A stretch of 64,000 nucleotides of DNA from an uncultured virus (IMG/VR IMGVR_UViG_3300033996_000365) (Duplodnaviria > Heunggongvirae > Uroviricota > Caudoviricetes). Both the position numbers and the translations under genes were made by a program. The stretch lies in IMG/VR virus record IMGVR_UViG_3300033996_000365; one strand, written 5' to 3'. Of the stretch, positions 18,897 to 26,916 are shown one piece after another. Positions within the stretch are counted from its first letter, which is position 1. Each line of letters opens with the position of its first letter. The notes beneath the pieces were generated by a model. That model had not been told where the DNA came from, ran no database searches, and saw only the letters and a program-made list of their open reading frames with translations.

Positions 18897-19012
18897 TCTT
18901 CATCTCCCCAAAATAAAGCACAAAATGCAACCAATGCAATCAGCAACATCAAGCCCATGCCGATCAACGCACCGCCAATCAGCGGTATGTGCATAGCAAA
19001 CTCGTAGCTCAT
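18893..19012 (-). CDS. 39 aa membrane peptide
   Basis: MSYEFAMHIPLIGGALIGMGLMLLIALVAFCALFWGDEE; ATGA-coupled at both ends; read manually. Confidence 0.6.
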   Translation of the reverse strand: MSYEFAMHIPLIGGALIGMGLMLLIALVAFCALFWGDEE

Positions 19013-20172
19013 ATCAACAGGTACCTATAGACAGGGTTGGCAAGGCTCCAGTTCTCTGTATCGTTCCGACTCCACTGCGCCGCGTTAACCAGGTTGGCCG
19101 ACGGACAAGAGAAGTTAACCTTGCTTTCGGTCATCGCCACATAGTTCTGGAGGATGGGGATGCAGGACAACTTGCGGTTGGGCAGGTGATGATACCCGCC
19201 CTCGAGTTGGTTTGACCGATCTATTACAGTCGGGTCGCCACTTGCAATCATGTTGCCGATGGTCGGATCATCTGACAACAGGTGCCTGCGCCGCACGAAC
19301 CGGCTCATCCAGTTCAGTTCCCGCCATATCAGGCCAGCAGGCGGCATGATGGTTTCCGTTTGCAGCTTGTCCCCACCACGCATGAAGATCGTGCCGACAT
19401 CTGGCTCGGCAGAATAGCCCGTGTCAACGTACTCGTTGATGGCAAAGTTTATTTCCCGATACCAACCTTCTTTCAGGCAGGCAATCTCGCTTGCCACTTC
19501 CGATGTTGGGTGCAGCATCCGATCCCGCATATCCTGAAACCGCACCATCGGCAGGTCGCCCGTGGTGAACTCAAACACATCGGCAAAGATTTCCTCGAAC
19601 GGCTCGTCATACGACCACCAGTTGCCGGACAAGTCCACCCGTAGTTGATAGCCCTGTAGCTCGGCACAAATGGCCGCAGCGACGATGTTCTCGATGATGG
19701 AGAACAGACCGCTGTTGCGTGGTCGATAGCTGATATGGCCGTGAAATGCTCTGCCACCGGGTGTTATGCATTCACGAGCAAAGCCGGTGTACAGGTAATA
19801 CTCATCCTCATCAACGCCGTACCGCCGGTTAGCACGCTCGAACCCCATGCACCCGACAAGCTCTTGCTTGAAAGTAAAGTTTGCTGGCAAGTTTTCCGGC
19901 AGCATGAAGTCGATCTCGTCCCACTCGAAACAGTTCCAGAACGCCATGCGTGCGGCGATAGCAGCCAGCCTACCCCGTGGACCATACTTCTTGCCCATCT
20001 CCAGCACCTGATCTGTGCCTGCCCACGGCTGCGTAGCAAGGCCGCGCGTCATCGACTGGACTAACGAACTGACATCCATGCCGAAGTCTGTCGGCTCATG
20101 CGGCAGCCGGTATCTGTGGAACTGAATCACTTTGCCCTCCCTGTGCGTGTCTTGCCTTTGGTAACGTGCCAC
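19009..20172 (-). CDS. fucosyltransferase-like glycosyltransferase (GT23/NodZ-like)
   Basis: SGLFSIIENIV, IFMRGGDK (cf. VHxRxxDK motif I), LLSDD (cf. motif II), SANL. Confidence 0.55.
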   Translation of the reverse strand: MARYQRQDTHREGKVIQFHRYRLPHEPTDFGMDVSSLVQSMTRGLATQPWAGTDQVLEMGKKYGPRGRLAAIAARMAFWNCFEWDEIDFMLPENLPANFTFKQELVGCMGFERANRRYGVDEDEYYLYTGFARECITPGGRAFHGHISYRPRNSGLFSIIENIVAAAICAELQGYQLRVDLSGNWWSYDEPFEEIFADVFEFTTGDLPMVRFQDMRDRMLHPTSEVASEIACLKEGWYREINFAINEYVDTGYSAEPDVGTIFMRGGDKLQTETIMPPAGLIWRELNWMSRFVRRRHLLSDDPTIGNMIASGDPTVIDRSNQLEGGYHHLPNRKLSCIPILQNYVAMTESKVNFSCPSANLVNAAQWSRNDTENWSLANPVYRYLLI

Positions 20173-20540
20173 TGGTTGCTCTGTTTTTTTCGCTCAACGT
20201 TTTGATGTGTCAAGCCAACGCGTATACGATCTATCCTAGACTTGCGCATCAAACTGTCCCGCTCCCTGCTGCCCGTTCGCTTGCATTCCAAGTTAGCCAT
20301 CCAGTCCAGCGTCTTGATGTCCTGGTCGCGGTCGGTATCCCACAGTCGGTCTGCCAGCGGTTTTAGATAATGACCAACGAACGACTGAACGCGCATCGTG
20401 TTCGTCGGCGGCTGCCGTTTCAGCGTTGGATCTGGTATCTCAATACCCAACGGCTTTAGCCAGTGATACAGATACCCAATCTTAATGTCCTGCCGGAACG
20501 CCTTGATCAGCATCGCATCGTAGAGTCGCTGTCTATCCAT
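20127..20540 (-). CDS. hypothetical protein
   Basis: Coupled ORF in the replication operon. Confidence 0.55.
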   Translation of the reverse strand: MDRQRLYDAMLIKAFRQDIKIGYLYHWLKPLGIEIPDPTLKRQPPTNTMRVQSFVGHYLKPLADRLWDTDRDQDIKTLDWMANLECKRTGSRERDSLMRKSRIDRIRVGLTHQNVERKKQSNQWHVTKGKTRTGRAK

Positions 20541-20775
20541 GCAGGATCCTTTCTGCTATTTCGTCCGGCCGTAGATCGCGGCAAGCATGACAGATCATCG
20601 CCGCCCGCTCCCGCTCCTGCTCTACGGCTAGCTGGTAAAACTGCATCAAGCAAGCCAGATCACCTTCCATACCTGCATCAGTGTGAACAAACTCCTTGCC
20701 CGTCCATTCGTGCTTTACCCACGGCAGAATCCCAGCCTGCTCCGCCAACCGCAACACTTGTTCTCGCATCTCCAC
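20533..20775 (-). CDS. hypothetical protein (AG...ERE.C module family)
   Basis: GGAGG SD; similar to 26444-26680. Confidence 0.6.
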   Translation of the reverse strand: MEMREQVLRLAEQAGILPWVKHEWTGKEFVHTDAGMEGDLACLMQFYQLAVEQERERAAMICHACRDLRPDEIAERILHG

Positions 20776-20779
20776 CTCC

Positions 20780-20805
20780 CTATATCTAGGATACTACATC
20801 TAGTA
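20780..20805. promoter_or_regulatory. tandem CTA(C/T)ATCTAG boxes, NrdR-box-like
   Basis: CTATATCTAG 20780-20789 and CTACATCTAG 20794-20803; third copy 22014-22023. Confidence 0.5.
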
Positions 20806-20857
20806 ATGCAATAGTTGCGACTGTACAGGAACTATCTGTTGTGTGGTATTGGAAATT

Positions 20858-21061
20858 TTAATTGACATCGTTGATACGATAGCCGCTGTATTCTTCGAAA
20901 ACATCGTTGCACATCTTGCAGATACGTCTTTCGCCGCGTTCATCATAAACACGGTACCTGCGAGGATTCAATCCGCCCGTAGAGTATTGTCGGCAGTAAG
21001 TGTCACCGTCATCCCAGAGATGAGCGGCTCCGTCCGGATGATTCTTGTACAGGTATTTCAT
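20858..21061 (-). CDS. small Cys/His protein
   Basis: AHLW..DTYC...CKMC; weak SD. Confidence 0.45.
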   Translation of the reverse strand: MKYLYKNHPDGAAHLWDDGDTYCRQYSTGGLNPRRYRVYDERGERRICKMCNDVFEEYSGYRINDVN

Positions 21062-21103
21062 GCAGGGGTAAGAAACGGTAGATCTGAGGGCAAAACCCAA
21101 CCC

Positions 21104-21440
21104 AACCCAGCGGGTGCTGAGTCGGGGATGGGGGCTATGCGTGGGTGAAGTTCCCGGTGAGTCTTCGCATCGTTCGACCGCTGTCCTGGCAGTGCCGAAT
21201 CAGAGACTTTACCCCTTGCAGGAGGGCCACACCCAGCTCTCTGTCGCCTTCAGTCTACACCGCAATCCCTGCGGATTCCTCTAGCGCCCAACCACTGTTG
21301 CCGGTCTGGTGACTTTCTACCGGCGATTTCAGCTACGCCCGAAACGGGAGCCGTGCCTCGCTTGTGGGGACTACACCTTGCGGCTTCCTACCCAGCTATT
21401 TGTACTGGCACCAACTGACGACTAAAACGTAGCCTAGTCC
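21104..21440 (-). ncRNA. candidate large structured RNA
   Basis: No credible ORF; several hairpins, two GCAA tetraloops, G-U pairs valid only on the minus strand. Confidence 0.4.
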
Positions 21441-21451
21441 GAGCGCCAAAC

Positions 21452-21555
21452 AAAAAACCCTTGAGGCTTGGCTCTCCGTGTATAGGGCACGTCCCCGTCT
21501 GGGGTAAGAACCAAACCTCAAGGGTTCGGGGTCGTCGCTGCCCTATACAGTGACA
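21452..21555 (-). ncRNA. leader RNA: pseudoknotted terminator/attenuator
   Basis: 20 bp stem 21507-21526/21456-21475 plus U tract; 11 nt leader-loop pairing 21539-21549/21479-21489. Confidence 0.65.
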
Positions 21556-21560
21556 AGCAC

Positions 21561-21589
21561 AGTGTAGGACAGGTTGAGACTTGATGCAA
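21561..21589 (-). promoter_or_regulatory. sigma70 promoter for replication operon leader
   Basis: TTGCAT-17-TACACT on the minus strand. Confidence 0.7.
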
Positions 21590-21595
21590 GTGGGT

Positions 21596-21812
21596 TGTTG
21601 GTGTGACTGCCACGCCCAATCACAAGGATCCGGCAGGGGTACGCCACTAGGCGGTTAGGAAAGGTAACCCGTGTGCAGTTAGCACTGCCACACCAACACG
21701 ACTGAGGACTGCGCTCGGTCAATGAGCCGCCTAGTCACTAAGGACACTCCGCTGATCTCGCCGTTTCGATCCGGACTCTACCTCGGCAAGTCAATCCTCA
21801 TGCGTGTTGATG
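21596..21812 (-). ncRNA. candidate structured RNA with alternative pairings
   Basis: 21792-21809/21694-21711, 21689-21698/21596-21605 and 21727-21735/21646-21654. Confidence 0.55.
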
Positions 21813-21823
21813 CCAACTACTAG

Positions 21824-21894
21824 AAAAAAAACCCCGGCAAGGGGAGTGGGCCGGGGTCAACAACAGCTTGCCAATCACTTCCGCGAAGAAAGTG
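21824..21894 (-). ncRNA. candidate 70 nt sRNA ending in a terminator
   Basis: 5' hairpin 21876-21894, then ACCCCGGC/GCCGGGGT stem and T run; loop CCACTCCCCTT. Confidence 0.55.
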
Positions 21895-21899
21895 GTAGA

Positions 21900-21928
21900 A
21901 CAATACCACCTCCCAGCCTACCCTGCAA
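21900..21928 (-). promoter_or_regulatory. sigma70 promoter with extended -10
   Basis: TTGCAG-17-TATTGT with TG upstream of the -10. Confidence 0.55.
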
Positions 21929-22003
21929 TGTTGTCAATTTGAGTGCGTAAACGTTTACACGCGACCATCTTGGCAACACATGGTTCCTGTCTGCATAAAC
22001 CTA

Positions 22004-22032
22004 TTGACATAGCCTACATCTAGGACTACAGT
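22004..22032 (+). promoter_or_regulatory. sigma70 promoter for recombination/glycosylation operon
   Basis: TTGACA-17-TACAGT, followed by AGGAGG SD. Confidence 0.75.
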
Positions 22033-22052
22033 CTAGGGCAGGAGGACAAAAA

Positions 22053-22931
22053 ATGAAATTAACTAACAAGCACAACTTGCCACAGACCTTCGTCAACGTT
22101 ATTACGCGGCCTACGTATAGCCGTGGTGACAGCGAGATTAGCGTGACAGAGATCCTATCTCCACCGCAGCTAGTGCAACTGCGCCGCCGTCATGCCGACG
22201 AGATCGAAGTAGACGCAGCAGATCAAGTGTGGTCGCTGTTCGGATCCGCCTGCCACAACATTCTCCAGCACGGCAAAGACGACAATCATATCGTCGAAGA
22301 GCGGCTGTTCACACAGTTCAATAGCTGGCGCATCTCTGGTGCTATCGACCTGCAAGAATTCCAAGCTGATGGCAGCGTCATCATCAGCGATTACAAAGTC
22401 ACCAGCGCCTGGGTAGTGCAGCAGGAAAAGACAGAGTGGGTAGATCAACTGAATCTGTACGCATGGCTAGTCGAGCGCGTGAAGAGTACGCCTGTCACCG
22501 GCCTGCGGATCATCGGCATCGTGCGTGATTGGAGTCGTAGAGAAGCGGCCATCAAAGACAGCTACCCGCAAGCACCTATTGTCACCATCGACATCCCGCT
22601 GTGGGACTTCGAGACACGCGAGCAGTTCGTGCGCGACAGACTGGCTATGCACAACGAGGCTAACTTCTCGGCAGTTAGCGGCACTATGCCAGCGTGTACG
22701 CCAGAAGAGATGTGGGAGAAGCCGACAACTTACGCCATCATGAAAGACGGCGGCGTCCGTGCGAAGAAGGTATGCGCCACGGCAGAAGAGGCAGAGCATT
22801 TGATAGTAACCAAGTTTCCCGACCACAAGGTCGAGGTAAGGCAGGGCGGCAGGACAAGATGCGAGAGTTTCTGTCAGGTCGCACCATTTTGTGAGCAGTA
22901 CAAACACTACCGCAAGGAGAATGACCTATGA
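22053..22931 (+). CDS. PD-(D/E)XK Cas4-like exonuclease
   Basis: FGSACH, ISGAIDL, ISDYK, QLNLY, C-terminal RC..FC....C. Confidence 0.85.
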   Translation: MKLTNKHNLPQTFVNVITRPTYSRGDSEISVTEILSPPQLVQLRRRHADEIEVDAADQVWSLFGSACHNILQHGKDDNHIVEERLFTQFNSWRISGAIDLQEFQADGSVIISDYKVTSAWVVQQEKTEWVDQLNLYAWLVERVKSTPVTGLRIIGIVRDWSRREAAIKDSYPQAPIVTIDIPLWDFETREQFVRDRLAMHNEANFSAVSGTMPACTPEEMWEKPTTYAIMKDGGVRAKKVCATAEEAEHLIVTKFPDHKVEVRQGGRTRCESFCQVAPFCEQYKHYRKENDL

Positions 22932-23077
22932 AATACCTGATCGCTATCTGGGCGCTGACCACCGCTGGCATGGTTTGGGCAAGCTGCACCACACACACCT
23001 ACTGCAATGCCTCCGGACGTTGCACTTTTTGTACTACCTGCTGTTATTCAGGGTCGTGCACAACCACTTGCAGCTAA
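22928..23077 (+). CDS. secreted Cys-rich mini-protein (49 aa)
   Basis: MKYLIAIWALTTAGMVWA-SCTTHTYCNASGRCTFCTTCCYSGSCTTTCS; ATGA-coupled; read manually. Confidence 0.7.
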   Translation: MKYLIAIWALTTAGMVWASCTTHTYCNASGRCTFCTTCCYSGSCTTTCS

Positions 23078-23089
23078 TAAGGAGAACAA

Positions 23090-23779
23090 ATGAAAGCCAT
23101 CGCTTCCGCACTCGTCAAAGCGCAAAAAGAATTTGGACCTGCGCTGAAGACCAGTACCAATCCACACTTCCGTTCGCGCTACGCTGATCTGTCGGCCTGC
23201 GTGGAGGCAGTGATTGATGCCTTGAACAACAACAACATCTACCTCATGCAGCTCACAGAAGAGCATGAGGCTGGTGTAAAAGTTTCCACCACGTTCATCC
23301 ACGAATCTGGTGAACAACTGTCAGGCGGCACGCTGTTTATGCCAGCTAGCAAGCACGATGCCCAGGGTTTTGGCTCGGCTTTGTCTTATGCCCGCAGATA
23401 TAGCCTGATGGCTGCGTGCGGCATTGCCCCGGAGGATGATGATGGTAACGCAGCAACAAAGACTGCGCCGCCGCAAGCGGCTCCTAAAGCTGCGCCGAAG
23501 CCTCCGGTTGCGGTGCCAAAAAAGGTATCGGGCAAGGATAGCGAGTGGCAGCTCAAAGTCTCGGCACAGCCTGACACGAACTTTGAAGACTGGCTTGCCG
23601 TCGTGGTCGAGGCTACTGTTACAGCGCTTGACACGGCAGAGTCGCGTCAGCAGGTGATGGACATCTGGCGCACGAACGCCAACATCTACAAGATCATCGA
23701 GCAGCAGGACGCGGCAGCCTACAAGGAACTGACGCAGACATTCGGCACCTACAAGGAGGCATTCAACGATGGAGAATAA
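23090..23779 (+). CDS. erf: ERF-family ssDNA annealing protein
   Basis: NPHFRSRYADL, HESGE, GSALSYARRYSL...EDDDGN. Confidence 0.9.
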   Translation: MKAIASALVKAQKEFGPALKTSTNPHFRSRYADLSACVEAVIDALNNNNIYLMQLTEEHEAGVKVSTTFIHESGEQLSGGTLFMPASKHDAQGFGSALSYARRYSLMAACGIAPEDDDGNAATKTAPPQAAPKAAPKPPVAVPKKVSGKDSEWQLKVSAQPDTNFEDWLAVVVEATVTALDTAESRQQVMDIWRTNANIYKIIEQQDAAAYKELTQTFGTYKEAFNDGE

Positions 23780-24059
23780 GTATCCCAACAGTGGGCGGCT
23801 GAACTACAGCCAGAAGAAACTTCACCCCAAGTCGCCGGATCTGTACGGCAGTCTGACGCTAGAACGGCAGTATGTGAAGGAACTACTGGAGGCAACAGAC
23901 TCCGACGACATTCTAGTGAAGCTGGATGCTTGGCAGAACGACGGTCAGTACGGCACTTACTTCTCTCTCAAGGTAAACACTTGGAAGAAGCCTGACGCTG
24001 CACCACCACCGAAGCCCATGCCAGAGCCACCGGCTGACGATAGTGACGTGCCATTTTAG
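23769..24059 (+). CDS. SSB-like protein
   Basis: Follows ERF; PDLYG motif; acidic C-terminal DDSDVPF. Confidence 0.65.
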   Translation: MENKYPNSGRLNYSQKKLHPKSPDLYGSLTLERQYVKELLEATDSDDILVKLDAWQNDGQYGTYFSLKVNTWKKPDAAPPPKPMPEPPADDSDVPF

Positions 24060-24079
24060 AAACAATTTTTGAGGTAGCC

Positions 24080-24283
24080 ATGAGCCATCTGATTGATTAC
24101 CTGTTGAGTGAGTACAACATCCGCACTGACGCAGAGCTTGCGCGTTTGTTGCAGGTTCATCCACCAACAATCTCGAAGCTGCGGCACGGTCACATGCCGT
24201 TACACGCCACCATGATTTTGCGCATTCACGATACGTTTGGTATGTCGATAGCGAATATCAAACGGATTGCGTATGGCATCTAA
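24080..24283 (+). CDS. XRE-type HTH protein
   Basis: TDAELARLLQVHPPTISKLRHG. Confidence 0.75.
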   Translation: MSHLIDYLLSEYNIRTDAELARLLQVHPPTISKLRHGHMPLHATMILRIHDTFGMSIANIKRIAYGI

Positions 24284-24590
24284 GTCACCGACACAGCGCA
24301 GCCTTGAGTACTTGCGGGAGCAGGGATATCACTGCGAGGTGGTGGAGAAGTGGAACCCGTGGAGCCGCGTACGTCAGGACCTGTGGGGCTGGTGCGACAT
24401 CTTGGCGATCCGTCGGGATGAAGTGCTGGCCGTACAGGTAACAGCATCTGGCGTTGCGGCAAGGATCAAGAAGATACAAGAGTCGGACACCGTCCTGCGA
24501 GTGCGCGAGGCTGGCATTCGTGTGGAAGTCCACGGCTGGACTAAGCGGGCTAACGGCAAGTACGCATTGAGAGTGGAGGACATATCTTGA
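24273..24590 (+). CDS. PD-(D/E)XK nuclease, possible Holliday junction resolvase
   Basis: LREQGY, DLWGWCDILAI, AVQVT. Confidence 0.65.
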   Translation: MASKSPTQRSLEYLREQGYHCEVVEKWNPWSRVRQDLWGWCDILAIRRDEVLAVQVTASGVAARIKKIQESDTVLRVREAGIRVEVHGWTKRANGKYALRVEDIS

Positions 24591-24603
24591 AGGAGAAGAA
24601 CGG

Positions 24604-24747
24604 ATGATCACACTAACCCGCGAGGAAGGCTACTACTGCGTGGTTTGCGGCAGATATTTGCCTGCTGACGAGCATGGCGTGATCGTGCATGACGATGTGC
24701 CGCATCCTGCTGATATGGATTTTGGAGATGAGGAGAAACCACAATGA
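24604..24747 (+). CDS. 47 aa protein with MITLTREE module
   Basis: AAGGAG SD; CVVC; read manually. Confidence 0.55.
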   Translation: MITLTREEGYYCVVCGRYLPADEHGVIVHDDVPHPADMDFGDEEKPQ

Positions 24748-24944
24748 CACCAAAAGAAATTAACGAGTTAAAGAAATTGCACAACCAATACCAAGAAGAA
24801 GGCCAAAAAGTCTACGCCTTAGTGATGGATTTGCATGAGAAATGCATGAACTTGCAAAAAGAGATTCAAGAGGCAGAAGGTGACGAATACGATCCAATAC
24901 CCCTGATTTTTGGGGCTGGATTCTGGATTGACCCTAATCTGTGA
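24744..24944 (+). CDS. hypothetical protein
   Basis: AGGAG SD, ATGA-coupled. Confidence 0.6.
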   Translation: MTPKEINELKKLHNQYQEEGQKVYALVMDLHEKCMNLQKEIQEAEGDEYDPIPLIFGAGFWIDPNL

Positions 24945-24951
24945 GGCAAGA

Positions 24952-25167
24952 ATGACCATCACACTAACACGCGAGGAAGCGCAGCAGGTACTGGATGCGT
25001 TGAATAAATATGTCGGCGTTGTCGTGTCTGTGAACGATCCTGATAGCTGGACTCCGAAAGTTGCAGATGGGGGTGACCCAGCAAGGAAAGCAATCGAAAC
25101 CCTCCGCGCTCGACTCGCACTACACGACATGAACAAAGCAGCAGAACAGAACGGGGAGGAACTGTGA
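24952..25167 (+). CDS. mosaic small protein (MTITLTREEAQQ family)
   Basis: Shares DNA blocks with 25164 and 26913. Confidence 0.65.
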   Translation: MTITLTREEAQQVLDALNKYVGVVVSVNDPDSWTPKVADGGDPARKAIETLRARLALHDMNKAAEQNGEEL

Positions 25168-25547
25168 TTACATTGACTAAAGAGGAAGCGCAGCAGGTGC
25201 TGGATGCTTTGGAATGGAACCTTCCAGTGATTGAAGATTTTGGCGATAAGGAACAATTACATAAACAGCACAAATCAATTGAAACCCTACGCGCCCGACT
25301 CGCGCAGCCTGAACCGGAGCCGGTGGCGTGGCGTAAGTTGTGGGAGGGCGAGACTGAATATACATATTATTGGATGAACAGGTATCAAGGTTCAGAACCT
25401 CTTTACACCGCCCCACCACAGCGCGAATGGCAGGGGCTGACGGATGAGGAGATTATGTCGCTGTTGCCCGGTGCAGTCAGGCTGCCGCCGGGATGGTCTG
25501 AAACTGTTCGCGCCATCGAAGCTAAGCTGAAGGAAAAAAATGCCTGA
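25164..25547 (+). CDS. mosaic small protein (EPVAW/PLYTAP/WQGLTDEE modules)
   Basis: Shares DNA blocks with 24952 and 26913. Confidence 0.7.
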   Translation: MITLTKEEAQQVLDALEWNLPVIEDFGDKEQLHKQHKSIETLRARLAQPEPEPVAWRKLWEGETEYTYYWMNRYQGSEPLYTAPPQREWQGLTDEEIMSLLPGAVRLPPGWSETVRAIEAKLKEKNA

Positions 25548-25776
25548 CATAAAGCTATACGACTACCAGCGCAACCCGCACCCAAGCTACGTTTCCGCGA
25601 TGAGCTACTTTGTACCAGAGCAAAAGACTAGCTTGAGCTTGCACCCGAAAGCACCGTGGGGCGACGGCAATATGTTCACCTGTTACTACGACAAGGATGA
25701 CAAGCTAGTTGGCGTTAGGTTTGTCTACGCAGACGGCACATACAAGGATTTGATTGAGGTGACAGATGGAGACTAG
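25540..25776 (+). CDS. hypothetical protein
   Basis: Coupled ORF. Confidence 0.55.
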   Translation: MPDIKLYDYQRNPHPSYVSAMSYFVPEQKTSLSLHPKAPWGDGNMFTCYYDKDDKLVGVRFVYADGTYKDLIEVTDGD

Positions 25777-26188
25777 TCAGTTTGAAGCAGTCAAGGTTGG
25801 AATAAAGCAGGACAACTCCGGCTACATCCTGACCTTGCGCATACACCCGGACGAGCTGCCGGAAGAGATCATGCGCGACTTCGTTGGCAGCCGGTACATG
25901 ACGGTGATGGTGCGGCTGAACGAGGAAGAGCGGCCTATGAACCGCGAGCAGGAGTTGGCAAGGGACATGGTGCGCATTTCTGGAATGCTGTGCCGGGATC
26001 CAGGGTTCTGGCAGTTCTTGCAGGAGTCCAACCAGATTATTGAGAGATCAGAGAAGGAGGCAACAACATGGTTGAAAACGTATCTGAAGGTAGAAAGCCG
26101 CGCCGACATTTCAAAAAGTCAGCAGGCGGTGGAAAAGATGCTGGGGATCAAACAGGAGTTCGTGTCGTGGAAAAATCGAGCAGACTGA
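25766..26188 (+). CDS. hypothetical protein
   Basis: GAGG SD; GMLCRDPGFWQFL motif. Confidence 0.65.
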   Translation: METSQFEAVKVGIKQDNSGYILTLRIHPDELPEEIMRDFVGSRYMTVMVRLNEEERPMNREQELARDMVRISGMLCRDPGFWQFLQESNQIIERSEKEATTWLKTYLKVESRADISKSQQAVEKMLGIKQEFVSWKNRAD

Positions 26189-26457
26189 TTCCGTACTCCG
26201 TCTATCTGTCGGAGGAGGTTCACACCGCGCTGAAGGAGAAGGCTCGTAACAGACAGGCCAGCAAGGTCGTGCGCGATGCCATCACCATGATCCTCGAAGG
26301 CAGCGATCAGTTCTCGTCTGGCTACAAGCAGGGACTACGTGATGCTATGGACATCATTCACAAGGATGACCTAGCTAGTACCGTGGCTGTTCATGACCGC
26401 AAGATCGCAGATCATTTGATCGACCAGATCGAGGGACTGATTGATGAACAGAGATGA
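26167..26457 (+). CDS. ribbon-helix-helix-like protein
   Basis: PYSVYLSEEVHTALKEKA...SKVVRDAI; probable GTG start. Confidence 0.55.
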   Translation: MEKSSRLIPYSVYLSEEVHTALKEKARNRQASKVVRDAITMILEGSDQFSSGYKQGLRDAMDIIHKDDLASTVAVHDRKIADHLIDQIEGLIDEQR

Positions 26458-26680
26458 CATCATCCGCATGGCGCGGGAGGCTGGCGGCGATGACTGGGGA
26501 ATATTCCGTGACTTCATGCCAGAGATCGAACGCTTCGCCGCCCTAGTCGCAGCAGCAGAGCGAGAGGCGTGTGCGCAGATTGCTCACGACACCTACGAAG
26601 GGTTTGGCCCTCACGCCAAGGGCGTTGACTTTGTTAAGCAACATATCGCCATACGAATCCGCGAGAGAGGTGCGCCGTGA
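26444..26680 (+). CDS. hypothetical protein (MNRDDIIRMAREAG family)
   Basis: ERFAALVAAAEREACA motif. Confidence 0.65.
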   Translation: MNRDDIIRMAREAGGDDWGIFRDFMPEIERFAALVAAAEREACAQIAHDTYEGFGPHAKGVDFVKQHIAIRIRERGAP

Positions 26681-26916
26681 GCAAATGGGTTGTCCATACA
26701 AAAGGCGGCTACACGACAGATGCGTTTGAGATTTGCGTTTTGCTTTCAGATAACAAACACGGCAAAGACTCTTACGGATGGTATGGCAAAGACAAAATAT
26801 ATATCAGCGGTTCTGGTGGCCCATGTCGTAACAAAATCGTCAGCAAAATAGTATGGGATGGGTTGGTTGAGCTGGCGCACAAAGTTGCAGCAAAAATGAA
26901 TGAGGAAACTAAATGA
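26677..26916 (+). CDS. hypothetical protein
   Basis: Coupled at both ends. Confidence 0.6.
   Translation: MSKWVVHTKGGYTTDAFEICVLLSDNKHGKDSYGWYGKDKIYISGSGGPCRNKIVSKIVWDGLVELAHKVAAKMNEETK

Noticed and set aside
21360..21445. Group I intron core (AAGGUGUAGUCC resembles the S element)
   Set aside because: No convincing P3-P6 elements or interrupted gene; kept only as a generic helix
21700..21775. Hammerhead ribozyme (CUGAGGA)
   Set aside because: No matching GAAA and stems on the same strand
22053..22931. Cas4 as part of a CRISPR system
   Set aside because: Sits beside ERF and an SSB-like gene, the usual phage recombination module
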